From: Centroscyllium fabricii
Taxonomy: Eukaryota
Assembly (NCBI GenBank): GCA_051313645.2
Contig: JBNRSN020000018.1
Span: 37,882,001 to 37,946,000, forward strand
DNA: 64,000 nucleotides
Direction of reading: 5' to 3'
In this document: piece by piece, positions 38,690 to 51,419 of the stretch
Position numbering within the stretch: the first letter of the stretch is position 1
How the letters are laid out: the number at the start of each line of letters is the position of its first letter
Notes under the pieces: model-generated
What the model saw: the letters and a program-made list of their open reading frames with translations, nothing else
The model's database searches: none
Told to the model about the DNA's origin: nothing
Translations under genes and position numbers: made by a program

Positions 38690-39648
38690 ACCTGAGTATA
38701 AAAGCAGGGAAGTCTTGCTGCAGATATACAAGGTACTGGTGAGGCCGCACCTGGAATAATGCGTACAGTTTTGGTTTCCATGTTTAAGAAAAGATATACT
38801 TGCTCTCGAGGCAGTTCAGAGAAGGTTCACTCAGTTAATTGTGGAGATGAGGGGGTTGACTTATGAGGAAAGGTTGAGTAGGTTGGGCCTCTACTCATTG
38901 GAATTCAGAAGAGTGAGAGGCGATCTTATCGAAACATAAGATTGTGAGGGGGCTTGATCGGGTGGATGCGGTGAGGATGTTTCCACTGATGGGTGAGCGT
39001 AGAACTAGGGGGCATAATCTGAGAATAAGGGGCTGCCCTTTCAAAACTTGAGATGAGGAGGAATTTCTTCACTCAGAGGGTGGTGAATCTGTGGAATTTT
39101 CTGCCTCAGAGAGCTGTGGAAGCTGAGATATTAAATAAATTTAAATCGAAGATAGACAGCTTCCTAGCTGATGGAATAAGAACATAAGAAATAGGAGCAG
39201 GAGTAGGCCAATCGGCCCCTCGAGCCTGCTCCGCCATTCAACAAGATCATGGCTGATCTGATCCTAACCTCAATTTTATTTTTACTCTCCATCCCGCCCA
39301 AACCCATGTGATCACCTGGGCGAGACGAAAAAACCCAGTGGCCAATTTGGGAGAAAAAATCTGGGAAATTCCTCTCTGACCCATCTCGGCGATCGAAAAC
39401 TGTTCCAGGAGATCACATGGCCGATCTGAACCTAGCCTCCTGTCCACTTACCTGCCCGCTCACCATAACCCCTAATTCCCTTTACTTCCAGGAAACTGTC
39501 TATCACTGTTTTAAATAAGGGGTTACAGGGAGCGGGCAGGGAAGTGGGCGTGAGTCTTGATACAGATCAGCCATGATCCTATTGAATGGCGGAGCAGGCA
39601 CGAGGGGCCGTATGGCCTACTCCTGCTCCTACTTCTTATGTTCTTATG
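38690..39648 (+). mobile_element. CR1/HER1 3' fragment with a nested antisense CR1 composite tail (39181-39515)
   Basis: CTGGTGAGGCCGCACCTGGA...CAGAGGGTGGTGAATCTGTGGAAT and a tail. The nested piece is flanked by a repeated ATAAG. Confidence 0.8.
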
Positions 39649-39717
39649 AATTGACGGTGTCCACCATTTTAATGGCAGCTACTGAAGGATGTCCTCTGAG
39701 TTGGTTGATTTCCAAGG

Positions 39718-40095
39718 ATAATAGTAGGCCATTCAGCCCCTCGAACCTGCTCCGCCATTCATTTAGATCATAGTTGATCTGTACCTCAACTCTATTGACC
39801 CACCGTAGCTCCATATCCGTTGATGCCCTTACCTAACCAAAATCTATCGAACTCGGTCTTGAAAGTTCCAATTGACCCAGCATCCCGATTTTCCCTTCTA
39901 AATGACCTAGCTCTTATTTTAAGATTATGTCCCCTTGATCTTGATCCCTCCATCAGAGGAAATACTTTGTATCTGTCCTATCGAATTCTTTTAACATTTT
40001 AAACACTTCAATCAGATCACCCCTCCACCTTCTACACTCAAGGGAAGACGAGCTAGGTTTATGCAACCTGTCCTCCTAATTTAACCCCCTAAGCC
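39718..40095 (-). mobile_element. CR1 3' fragment, decayed
   Basis: Reverse-complement tail (AGTAGGCCATTCAGCCCCTCGAACCTGCTCCGCC) and an ORF2 remnant. Confidence 0.65.
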
Positions 40096-40226
40096 CTAGC
40101 TCTGAGCCCTAGTTTCCAGCTGAAAGATCCAGCATCTTTGGTAACTTGCCTTAATTTTAACAATTTAATTTCCTCCCAGGGGATATTTAACACCTGCAGT
40201 ACATTTCTGGAACGAACGCCTCACTT

Positions 40227-40543
40227 CATAGAATCATAGAATCCCTACAGTGCTGATAGAGGCCATTTCGGCCCATCGAGCCTGCACCGACACATATCCC
40301 ACCCTATCCCCGTAACCCCACATATTCAATCCCCCTAACACTAAGGGTCAATTTATCCTGGCCAATCAACCTAACCCGCACATCTTTGGACTGTGGGAGG
40401 AAACCGGAGCACCCGGTGGAAACCCACGCAGACACGGGGAGAATGTGCAAACTCCACACAGATAGTCACCCGAGGCCGGATTTGAACCCGGGCCCCGAGC
40501 GCTGTGAGGCAGCAGTGCTAACCACTATGCCACCGTGCCGCCC
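40227..40543 (-). mobile_element. HE1-type V-SINE with an alternative short tail
   Basis: Same head and V-domain as the other HE1 copies, but ends ...CAGCACTGTAGGGATTCTATGATTCTATG. Confidence 0.85.
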
Positions 40544-40783
40544 TGAGTATTCCCTTTAAAGCAAATAATAATGCTACAGAGTGCTTCCTGCGGAAGAATA
40601 ATCCATGTTAAATCGCTCGCCACTGTTACCTGATCCACTGGTAGCTTCAGTCCCTGATGCATAAGGCTAGGGGTTCTATCATTAAAGTGGAACAGGAAAG
40701 ATCTAGGTACGCTATTTGATCAAATATTGAAAGTATTGTTGCATTTTGTGGCAGTGATCCACGGCACATTGAAAACTTTGATA

Positions 40784-41316
40784 CAGGTTGAGCACCGTTA
40801 ATCCGGCACAGTCGGGACCAGGACCGTGCCGAATTTTTGAAAACTCCAAATGATTGAAGTTCGGCGAGCGCATGCGCAGACCATTCAAAATGGCCGCCAC
40901 AAAATTTTGAATGGTCTGCGCATGCGCTCGCCGAAGCATCAATCGTTCGGGGAGAGGCCCGGGCACAAGCAGCTAAGTGCGGTGACCATATTGCGCATGC
41001 GCAGACCAGTCGGAGAAGCCCGGGCATGCGCAGCCACGCGCGGTGGCCATTTTGCGCATGCGCAGGGCAGTTGGGCAGAGGCCTGGGCATGCGCAGCCAA
41101 GCGCAGTGGCCATATTGCGCATGCGCAGACCAATCGGGGAGGGCCGGGCATGCGCAGCCACGCACGGCGGCAATTTTACGCATGCGCAGACCAGTTGGGG
41201 AGAGGCCTGGGCATGCGCATGCGCGCACCAGTTGGCCAGATTCGTGCTGGACGTTTGAAGTTGCCAGACAAACGGTGTCCGGATTAACGGTGTCCGGATT
41301 AACGGTGCTCAACCTG
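40784..41316. mobile_element. Tigger/pogo-type MITE (related to 54936-55317)
   Basis: TA|CAGGTTGAGCACCGTTAATCCGG...CCGGATTAACGGTGCTCAACCTG|TA, with internal ~60-bp repeats rich in GCGCATGCGC. Confidence 0.9.
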
Positions 41317-41514
41317 TACAATAATTACAGTGTTGGAACTGTTTGAGAATGTAACAGGGACTGTATCTGACCTTCAATCAGTGACCTCGGGTAAGAGACT
41401 AAAGGAACTAAATCTGTTTTGCAATGGGATAAAGATGGTCTCAACTGCCCAGTTGGGTTTAAGTTCTGTTGCCTTCCCGATATGAGGCTGACTGAGTGGA
41501 GGAGAAAAGTACGT

Positions 41515-42048
41515 AAGAGTTACAAGACGGAAACAAGCCATTCGGCCCAACTAGTGAGTGTCGGTGTTCACCCCACATGCGAGTAAGTACTAATCACATT
41601 TACCCACCCTGTTTCCATATCCCTTCAATTCCTTTCCTTCATCCACCTATGCAATCTAATCTTGAAATGTTGGTACTATTTTTTGCCACAACCACTAACC
41701 CTGAAAGTGAATCCGGTCTCAAAACTCTATGTGCAGAGTTTCTCCTGCCCTCTGTTCTAAATCACTTGCATTTAATCTTGTATCTATGCCCTTCATTCTT
41801 GACACCTCAACTACTAGAAATAGACTGCTTTTATCAATCCTGCCCTATCCTTTCATCATTTAAACACTTCTACCCTATCATCCCAAAATCTGTGTTACTT
41901 TAATGATAAAGACCCAATTTTCAAGTCTGTCTTTGTAATTGTATTTCCTCATGCCAGTACAATCTAGTGCAATCATATCTTTCCTGTAATGTGGTGACCA
42001 GAACTGTGCGCAGTACTCTAGCTGTGGCCAAACTAATGTTTTATACAA
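41515..42048 (-). mobile_element. CR1 3' fragment, old
   Basis: LYKTLVWPQLEYCAQFWSPHYRKD in ORF 41878-42216 and a tail remnant at ~41520-41560. Confidence 0.65.
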
Positions 42049-42250
42049 CATAAAACGCTGGAAAAACTCGGCAGGCCAGGGCAGCATCTGTGAAGAGAGA
42101 AATAGAGTTAACATTTCAGGTCGATGACCTTTCATCAGAACTGGAAAAAAGCAGGAAAGGGAATAGATTGTGAAACAAGTTAGGCGCTGAGGAAAGGGGA
42201 GGGGATGAAAGAACAAAAGGGAAGGTCAGTGATGGGATGGAAAGCAGTAT
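42049..42250 (-). mobile_element. Penelope-like element end, second family
   Basis: AAAACGCTGGAAAAACTCGGCAGGCCAGGGCAGCATCTGTG...TTTCAGGTCGATGACCTTTCATCAGAACTGG. Related fragments occur at 25716-25808, 33348-33402 and 38340-38370. Confidence 0.7.
42106..42142 (-). ncRNA. Minimal hammerhead ribozyme motif
   Basis: Minus strand reads AGUU-CUGAUGA-A-AGGUC(AUC)GACCU-GAAA-UGU-U-AACU, giving a 4-bp stem I, a 5-bp stem II and an intact core. Confidence 0.7.
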
Positions 42251-43046
42251 TAATGTTTTATACAGTTCAAGCACAGTTTCACAGTGCATGGAATTCTAGG
42301 TTTAAAATATAAAAGCCAAGATGTAATGATGAGCTGACATAAAACCTAAAGACCTCAGGCTACTGTGTACATTAGCTTTTTTTTAAACGGCCTTATCAAC
42401 CTGCAATTCGGCCTTTAATGCCTGTGAACCTTTCCCCCAAATCTCTCTGCTCATTCACGGCACTGAGGCTACTTCCATTCAGAATACAATTACAGCTGCT
42501 AGTTTCCAAAATGCATCACCTCACATGGAGTGACATTGAATCCCATCAGCCACTTTATAGCCCATTGCCCCATCTTGTCAGTATCCTTTGCAACTTATAA
42601 AGAATTAATTATTGCAAGTGCACCATCTTTAAGAATTAACCACAGGTGTTACAGCTTTATGAAATGTTTTGTCTATAAACTAATATGACTTAGACAAGAA
42701 ATAACCTTGCCCAAAGATAAAAGGTCTGCATTTAGCAAAGTCAAATTCTCAGCCATGTCACATATACAGGCTAATTCTCAGAAATCATAGAGTCCGAGAA
42801 ATTTCCGGCACAGAAGGAGGCCATTCAGCTCATTGTGTCTGTGCCAGCTGTAAAACAGCTATCCAGCCAATTTCACTTTCCAGCTCATGGTCTGTAGCCT
42901 TGTAGGTTGCAGCACTTCAAGTGCATATCCAAGTACTTTGATGAGGGTTTTTACCACTACCACCCTTTCAGGCAGTGTGCTCCAGATCCCCATGACCCTC
43001 TGGGTGAAAAAAAGTTCTCCTCAACTCCCCTCTAATCCCTCTCTCA

Positions 43047-44897
43047 CAGAAACATAGAAAATAGGTGCAGGAGTAGGCCATTCGGCCCTTCGAGCCTGCA
43101 CCGCCATTCAATACGTTCATGGCTGAACATGCTACATCAGTACCCCGTTCCTGCTTTCTCACCATATCCCTTGATTCCCCCTAGTTGTAAGTATTACATC
43201 TAACTCCCTTTTGAATATATTTAGTGAACTGGCCTCAACAACTTTCTGTGGTAGGTAATTCCAGAGGTTCACCACTCTGGGTGAAGAAGTTTCTCCTCAT
43301 CTCGGTCCTAAATGGCTTACCCCTTATCCTTAGTCTGTGCCCCCTAGTTCTGGACTTCCCCAACACTGGGAACATTCTGCCTGCATCTAACCTGTCTAAA
43401 CCGGTCAGTATTTTAAACGTTTCTGTGAGATCCCCCCTCATTCTTCTGAACTCCAGAGAGTACAAGTTCAGTTGATCCAGTCTTTCTTGATATGTCAGTC
43501 CGGCCATCCCGGGAATCAATCTAGTAAACCTTCGCTGCACTCCCTCAATAGCAAGAATGTCCTTCCTAAAGTTAGGAGACCAAAACTGCACACAATACTC
43601 CAGGTGTGGCCTCACCAAGGCCCTGTACAACTGTAGCAACACCTCCTTACTCCTGTACTCAAATCCCCTTGCTATGAAGGCCAACATGCCATTTGCTTTC
43701 TTAACTGCCTGCCGTACCTGCATTTCCACCTTCAGTGACTGATGTACCATGACGCCCAGGTCTCGTTGCACCTCCCCTTTCCCTAATCTGTCACCATTCA
43801 GATAATAGTCTGTCTTTCTATTTTTACCACCAAAGTGGATAACCTCACATTTATCCACATTGGGCAAATGTATGGCAGATGAAGTACATTCACCTAACCT
43901 GTCCAAGTCACTCTGTAGCCTCTTCGCATCCTCCTCGCAGCTCACGCTGCCTCCCAATTTGGTGTCATCGCAAATTTGGAGATACAACATTTAATCCCTT
44001 CGTCCAAATCATTAATATATAATGTAAACAGCTGGGGCCCCAGCACCGAACCTTGCGGTACCCCGCTGGTCACTGCCTGCCATTCTGAAAACTGCCCATT
44101 TACTCCTACTCTTTGTTTCCTGTGTGCCAACCAGTTCTCAATCCACGTCAACACATTACCCCCAATCCCATGTGCTTTAACTTTGCACACCAATCTCTTG
44201 TGTGGGACCTTGTCGAAAGCCTTCTGAAAGTCCAAGTACACCACATCAACTGGTTCTCCCCTGTCCATTCTACTGGAAACATCCTCAAAAAATTCCGGAA
44301 GATTTGTCAAGCATGATTTCCCTTTCGCAAATCCATGCTGACTTGGACCGATCATGTCACCACTTTCCAAATGATCTGCTATGACATCCTTAATAATTGA
44401 TTCCATCATTTTACCCACTACCGATGTCAGGCTGACCGGTCTGTAATTCCCTGTTTTCTCCCTGCCTCCTTTTTTTTTTAAAGTGGGGTTACGTTAGCCA
44501 CCCTCCACTCCATCGGAACTGATCCAGAGTCTATGGAATGTTGGAAAATGATCGTCAATGCATCCACTATTTCCAAGGCCACCTCCTTAAGTACTCTGGG
44601 ATGCAGACCATCAGGCCCTGGGGATTTATCAGCCTTCAGTGCCATCAATTTCCCCAACACATTTTCCTGACTAATAAGGATTTCCCTCAGCTCCTCCTTT
44701 TTACTAGACCCTCTGACCCCTTTTATGTCCGGAAGGTTGTTTGTGTCCTCATTAGTAAATACCGAACCAAAGTACTTGTTCAATTGATCCGCCATTTCTT
44801 TGTTCCCCATTATGACTTCCCCTGATTCTGACTGCAGGGGACCTACGTTTGTTTTTACTAACCTCTTTCTCTTTACATATTTATAGAAGCTTTTACA
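43047..44897 (-). mobile_element. HER1/CR1 LINE RT region and tail, nested in an older CR1 (42785-45180)
   Basis: ORFs 44478-44810, 43942-44418 ([24 protein letters not shown]) and 43235-43990. Confidence 0.92.
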
Positions 44898-45304
44898 GCT
44901 CTCAATTACTTCAAATCTGTGCCCCCTGGTTATTGACCTCTCTGCTAAGGAAATAGGTCCTTTCTATCCACTCTAATTAAGCCCCTCATAATTTTATAGA
45001 CCTCAATCAAGTCTCCCCTTAGCCGTCTCTGTTCCAAAGAAAAAACCCCAGCCTATCCAGTCTTTCCTCATAGCCAAAATTTTCCAGTTCTGGCCACATC
45101 CTGGTAAATCTCCTCTGTACCCTCGCGAGTGCAATCATATCAATCATAGCTGTGGCCGAACTAATGTTTTTTCAGTTCAAGCACAGTCCTTAGTGCTACG
45201 TCACACCTACAGGCCAATTCACTGTGCCACATCAGTTATACAGGCAACTTATATATGGACTTGGTTGTAGCAACCAACAATAAAATTACTGATTCAACAA
45301 GATA

Positions 45305-48300
45305 ATGGGAATGGTAGCGCAGTGGTAATGTCACTGGGCTAGTAATCCAGAGGCCTGGGCTAATGATCCAGAGACGAGTTCAAATCCCACCACGGCAGCT
45401 GTGGAATTTAAATTCAGTTAATTAAATAAATCTGGAATTAAAAACTATTAACAGTAATGGTGACCACAAAATTATAGGTTTGTCATAAAAACCCATCCGA
45501 TGCCCTTTGGGGAAGGAAATCTGCCGCCTTACCTGGTCTGACCAATATGTGACTCCAGGCCCAAGCAATGTAGTTGACTTGTAACTACCCTCTGAAATGG
45601 CTTAGCAAGCCACTCGGTTGTAACAAACCACTGCGAAAAACAATAATAACAAATCCAGATTCGGACATGGCAAAGTCACACGCAGCTCTTCAAAGTTCTC
45701 CTCACTAACATCTGGGACTTGTGCCAAATTTGGGAGAGCTGTCCCACAGACCAGTCAAGCAACAGCCTGACGGTCATACTCACAGAATCATACAATGTCC
45801 CAGACTCTTCCATCACCATCCCTGGGTATGTCCATTCTCAGAGGTGGCAGCACAGTGGTGTACAGTTGCGAGGGAGTGACCCTGGGAGTCCTCAACATTG
45901 ACTCTGGACCCCATGAGGTCTCATGGCTTCAGGTCAAGCATGGGCGAGGAAACCTCCCGCTGATTACCAACTACCCTCCCTCAGCTGATGAATCAGAACT
46001 CCTCCATGTTGAACACCACTTGGAGTAGCAAGGGCACAGAATAGGGGACTTCAATGTCCATGGTAAAGTGAGGAAATTATACAGTGGTGTTTCCCAGGGG
46101 TTGGTTTTAGGATTACTGCTTTTCTTGATGTATATTAATGACTTGGATGTGGGTGTACAGGGCACAATTTCAAAATTTGCAGCTCACACAAAACTTGGAA
46201 GTATAGTGAACAGTGAGGAGGATAGTAATAGACTTCAAGAGGACATGGACAGGCTGGTGGAATGGGCGGACACGTGGCAGATGAAATTTAACACAGAAAA
46301 GTGCAAAGTAATACATTTTGGTAGAAAGAATGAAGAGCGGAAATATAAACTAAAGGGTACAATACATGAGAGACATAGAAACATAGAAGACAGGAGCAGG
46401 AGTAGGCCATTCGGCCCTTCGAGCCTGCTCCGCCATTCAATGAGATCATGGCTGATCTTTCAAGTTCAGTACCCTGTCCCCGCCTTCTCTCCGTAACCCT
46501 TAATCCCTTTAGCCTGAAGAAATGTATCCAATTCCCTCTTAAATATATTTAATGAACTGGCCTCCACTGCCCTCTGTGGCAAGATATTTCACAGGCTCAC
46601 CACTCTCTGGGTGAAGAAATTCTTCCTCATATCTGTCCTAAATGGTTTACCCCTTATCCTTAAACTGTGGCCCCTGGTTCTGGACTCCCCCGCCATTGGA
46701 AACATTCTTTCTGAATTTAACCTGTCCAGGCCTGTCAGAATTTTATATGGTTCGATGAGATCTCCTCTCAATCTTCTAAACTCCAGCGAGTACAAGCCCA
46801 AACTACACAATCTCTCCTCGTAGGTCAGTCCTGCCATTCCAGGTATCATCCTGGTGAATCGCCGCTGCACTCCTTCCATGGCAAGAACATCCTTCCTCAG
46901 ATGAGGCGACCAAAACTGTACACAATACTCAAGGCGTGGTCTGACCAGTGCCTTGTACAGCTGTAGTAAGCCATAGGGTATATGTGCACACATCGCTGAA
47001 GGTGGCAGGGCAGGTTGAGAAAGCAGTTCAAAAAACTTATGGGATCCTGGGCTTCATGAATAGAGGCATAGAGTACAAAAGCATGGAAATTATGATGAAC
47101 CTTTATAAAACACTGGTTCAGCCTCAACTGGAGTATAGTCCAATTCTGAGCACCGCACTTTAGGAAGGATTTGAAGGCCTTCGAGAGGGCGCAGAAAAGA
47201 TTGAAGAGAATGATTCCAGGGATGAAAACTCTCCACTGGCTGAGCAAAAAGGAAGATGGTTGTGGATGTTGGAGGTCAATCATCACAGCCCCAGGACATT
47301 GCTGCAGGAGTTCCTCAGGGCAGTGCCTTGGGCCCAACCATCTTCAGCTGCTTCATCAATAACCTTCCCTGCCTCACAAGGTCAGAAGTGGGGATGTTCG
47401 CTGATGACTGCAGAGTTCAGTGCCATTCGCAACGCCTCAGATAATGAAGCAGTCCATGCCCACATGCAGCTAGACCTGGATCACATTCAGGCTTGGGCTG
47501 GTAAGTGGTAAGTAACAATTGTGCCACACAAGTGCCAGGCAATGACCTATCTCCAACAAGTGAGAGCCTAACCACCGGCCCTTGACATTCAATGGCATTA
47601 CCATTGCCGAATCCCCCGCCATCAACATCCAGGGGGTCACCATTGACTAGAAACTTACCTGGACCAGCCACACACATTCTATGGCAACATGAGCAGGTCA
47701 GAGGCTGGGTATTCTGTGGCGAGTGTCTCACCTCCTGACTCCCCAAAGCCTTTCCACCATCTACAAGGCACAAGTCAGGAGTGTGATGGAATACTCTCCA
47801 CTTGCCTGGATGAGTGCAGCTCCAGCAACATACAAGAAGCTCAACACCATCCAGGACAAAGCAGGCAGCTTGATTGGCACCCCATCCACCACCTTACACA
47901 TTCACTCCCTCCACCGTGGTTGCACATGCTGGGGTCTGTGTGAAAAACAAACACAGAACAATTTAAAACATTTGACCCTTTGTGACTCCACCTCATTGTT
48001 CTTCGGTGTGGTGTCTTCCTGACTGACCTGTTTGGACACCATTCACACCTTTGATTGCTGTGAATGTTTCTCTGCTGCGGTGTGATGAAGGGCAGTTGGA
48101 AAGATTTCCTGTCATCATCTAGCGTTGTTCTCCGACTATATATGCTGTGTTTATATGCATCTCTCCACTTCACCTGAGGAAGAAGCAGCGCTTCGAAAGC
48201 TTGTGATTTCAAATAAAACGGTTGGACTGTAACCTGGTGTTGTGTGACTTCTTACATTTCTGAAGGTCAGTTAGGGATGGGCAATAAATGCTGACCGTGC

Positions 48301-48317
48301 CAGCGACGCCCACATCC
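45305..48317 (+). mobile_element. CR1-group LINE with a tRNA-like 5' head, internally deleted, with nested CR1 (46066-47228), HER1 (46370-46968, -) and Penelope (47935-48260)
   Basis: Head TAGCGCAGTGG...GAGTTCAAATCC, APE-endonuclease remnant (HEVSWLQVKHG...GDFNVH), RT remnant (GVPQGSALGP...MFADD), and tail GGGATGGGCAATAAATGC at 48274-48317. Confidence 0.7.
48170..48206 (+). ncRNA. Minimal hammerhead ribozyme motif in a Penelope pLTR
   Basis: UCAC-CUGAGGA-A-GAAGC(AGC)GCUUC-GAAA-GCU-U-GUGA. Stem II has A-U where the 4128 copy has G-C. Confidence 0.75.
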
Positions 48318-48341
48318 GAGGGAGCTTCAAATGATTCTTAA

Positions 48342-49020
48342 TGCCCCGGTTTCACTGGAGGCTAAGAATATCAAGAATATCAAGAATCGTCACGTTTCGA
48401 AATTCGTGGCGATTCGGCAAAAAATGCGAAAATTCGTGGTTAATTCTTGGCGATTCTTGGTTAATTCTTGGCGATTCTGGACAAGGTTACGAATCTATCA
48501 CGAATTATTGTAGGAATGAGGTACGAATCACTCACGAATATGCAGAATTAATTTACGAATCCACTACGACCTCCACGATTAAGTTACGAATTCTACGAAT
48601 GCACTACGAATTATCTACGAATTGCATTCGTAGTGCATTCGTAGTGCATTCGTGGACATTCGTGATGTATTCGGCGTGGTTCCACGAATTTGAGAAAATC
48701 AAGAATGCCCAAGAATGCACTACGAATCGATTACGAAGCCGTTACGAACGGTAAGAAAGGGTAACGAACGATAAGAAAGGGTCACGAATTGTTTAGGAAT
48801 CTATCACGAATTGGACATTCGTTAACCCTCCCACGAAATTTTTTGACAAACAAAAACTTTCTTGAAAACTCAAAGAAGTCACGCGAACTTCCGCGAACTC
48901 TACGAATCAACCACGAATCAACCACGAATCAACCACGAATTGCAAGAATTACCCACGAATCGGACAAATTTCAGATTCGGGACGATTCGGCAATTCGTAG
49001 CCTCCAGTGAAACCGGGGCA
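48342..49020. mobile_element. PIF/Harbinger-type MITE
   Basis: TAA|TGCCCCGGTTTCACTGGAGGCTA...TAGCCTCCAGTGAAACCGGGGCA|TAA: perfect 23-bp TIR and 3-bp TAA TSD. The interior is built of ACGAAT/ATTCGT repeats. Confidence 0.88.
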
Positions 49021-50714
49021 TAAAGTAAATCTAAACATTGGACCACTGACCTTATTCATATCTCTTCATTTGTGATTAATTTTACTTCTTTTCTGCATAT
49101 CATAAACACAGTGTTTTGTAAAGTAAGGTAGAGTACCTGAGATGCTAAAAGGCTTAATTCCTTTCACCTTGGAAGTAGCTTTGAAAGTTGTTTTAAGAGA
49201 GCTGCATTAGGATGAATGATTTGTATACGATTTCTGGGCACTTGAAGGAGGTAAATGATTGGAATTCTGCTGCATGCTGCAAGGAATAAATAAGCTGCTC
49301 TTCTCATTTTAAAGAGCTTTTCAGTAAATGCTCGTATTTTACACTGAGTGCTGACTTCTGACAGAATTTGTTTTAATAGTGCATTTCATTTAAACTTTGG
49401 TGCTGTAGTATTTTTATTGAATTCACCATTTGAGTTATGGATAAATGAAGGAATGACCCAGGGGTTTGATTTGACCAAGAACCCCCTGATGGCTCAAACT
49501 AGCGTCGGTGATGTGTAACTGAACCGTGCAGATTCCCTAGCTGTGTTGTGAGCTAACTAGCAATAGGACACAGGCCAAGGAAGAAGAAATCAGTCAGGGT
49601 TCCTGCTCCTCATTTGTGTCCAACATCTTGCGGAAAAGTTCACAAGTGGAGGGCAAGGTCATGATGCCCCCTTTCCTTTTTCTCTCTCTCCTCTCCTTTC
49701 TCTCTCTTTCCCCCACTCCCCTCTCTCTCTTCCGCCCCCGCCCCTCTTTCCTCTGGCCCCATTCCCCCCTGACTCTCCCACGCACACACTCTATATATAG
49801 TAGTGCTGTGCAGCAGTGCAGTACACATTGTAAATCATGGGATCAGCAGTAGGAGCTTGCTACTGTCTGAGGCACTGACCAGTCGGCTATAGTTGGATAT
49901 ATCATTTGGCCTGCTGGCCAAATCGATCACTAGCAGGACCGCTATGTGTTTTGATTAATTTGCTTTAACTCTTTTTTTAATTTAAAAACCGGTGATGAGG
50001 ACTATTGTGGAAGCTGCCCCATTTATTAGAATAATTCCATTAAACAAAATCAGGTTACATAACGGGAGCTTTTTTCTCTTTTAGTGCCTGTTTATACAGT
50101 TAGGTCAGGTGTTGCTCACATCTCTGAAGCAGCATTCCTTCCCTACGGCTTCCAGGCACTAAAGAGCTCACTCTAGCAGGGTGCATTCCTAATGTTTAAA
50201 TTTTTGCTTTGATACCGAGCCCCGTTTGCCTCGCAGATGTTTCCATCAATCCCCCCTGTAGCTGTGGACAGATCTCTGCTCATCACATTCAGCTTGCTGA
50301 GCTGTTGAAAACTGTAGAATAATGGGTTTACAGCACCAGGTATAGCTGCTCTGTTTTTCATTAGCTCCCTCTTTTTATTCTCCTTTTGAACCTATCCCAC
50401 CTGATCCCACGAGCATGTCGTACAGCATCTTGCTGTGTGGATTGATGTATGTATTTTTTTTTAATGTCCTGGCAAACCTTGCTTCTAAATGTTATCCCTC
50501 CAAAGAAAAAGGGAATCTGCCTGTTATATAACTGGCACTGAATAAAATCTGTATCCTGCTGCTGATGCCCCCGGGGGCATTTGTGGCTGGGCTTTCCTGG
50601 ATTTTGTTTTAGTACTGCGGCGCTCCATTCTCTAAAATTGCAGCATTACAGATGGGAGATAAAGACACATTGGGCTTTTTAATATACTCGTCTACCTCTT
50701 GTTCGTGGACAAAG

Positions 50715-51170
50715 AAAAAAAGACCTGGTTTTATACAGCACCTTTCACAACCACGAACGTCCCAAAATGCTTCACAGCCAGTGAAGTACTTTTTGAAGTG
50801 TGGTAATGTAGGAAATGCGGCAGCCAATTTACACATAGCAAGGTCCCACAAACGGCAATGTGATAATGACCAGACAATCTGTTTTTACTGATGGTTGAGG
50901 GATGAATATTGGCCAGGCCATTGGGGAGAACTTCCTGCTCCTCTTCGAAATAGTGTCATGGGATGACACCTGAGAAGGCAGACGGGACTTCTGATTGACC
51001 CCCCCCCCCCCCATCTGAAAGGTGGCACCTCTGACAGTGCAGCACTCCCTCAGTTCTATGCGAGTGACAGTCTAGATTTTGTGCTCAAGTCTCTGGAGTG
51101 GGACTTGAACCCATAACCTTCTGACTGAAGAGGCGAGAGAGTGCTGCCCACAGAACCACAGCTGGCACCT
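50715..51170 (-). mobile_element. Deu-domain SINE, near full length
   Basis: Same head, core and tail as 3369-4570. A further decayed tail piece lies at ~51950-52200. Confidence 0.78.
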
Positions 51171-51419
51171 GGGTAGTGTGGGACAGACTGTGTGTGGAAA
51201 TGGTGTGGGTGGGAGCTTTCCATGATGTAGGTAAGATCTGGGGCAACATACTGACTAAAAGGGAAGGATTGCGGGGGGACTGTGGACTGCGGACTGCTGT
51301 ATGTGGAATGGGAGCCATGCTCTACCGAGGATGGGGGGGGATTCCAATTTAGTGAGACTGGGTTGGAGCCTGCAATATGGTAAGTTTTATTCAGGGAGAT
51401 TGGGTTATTGCGATAAGTA

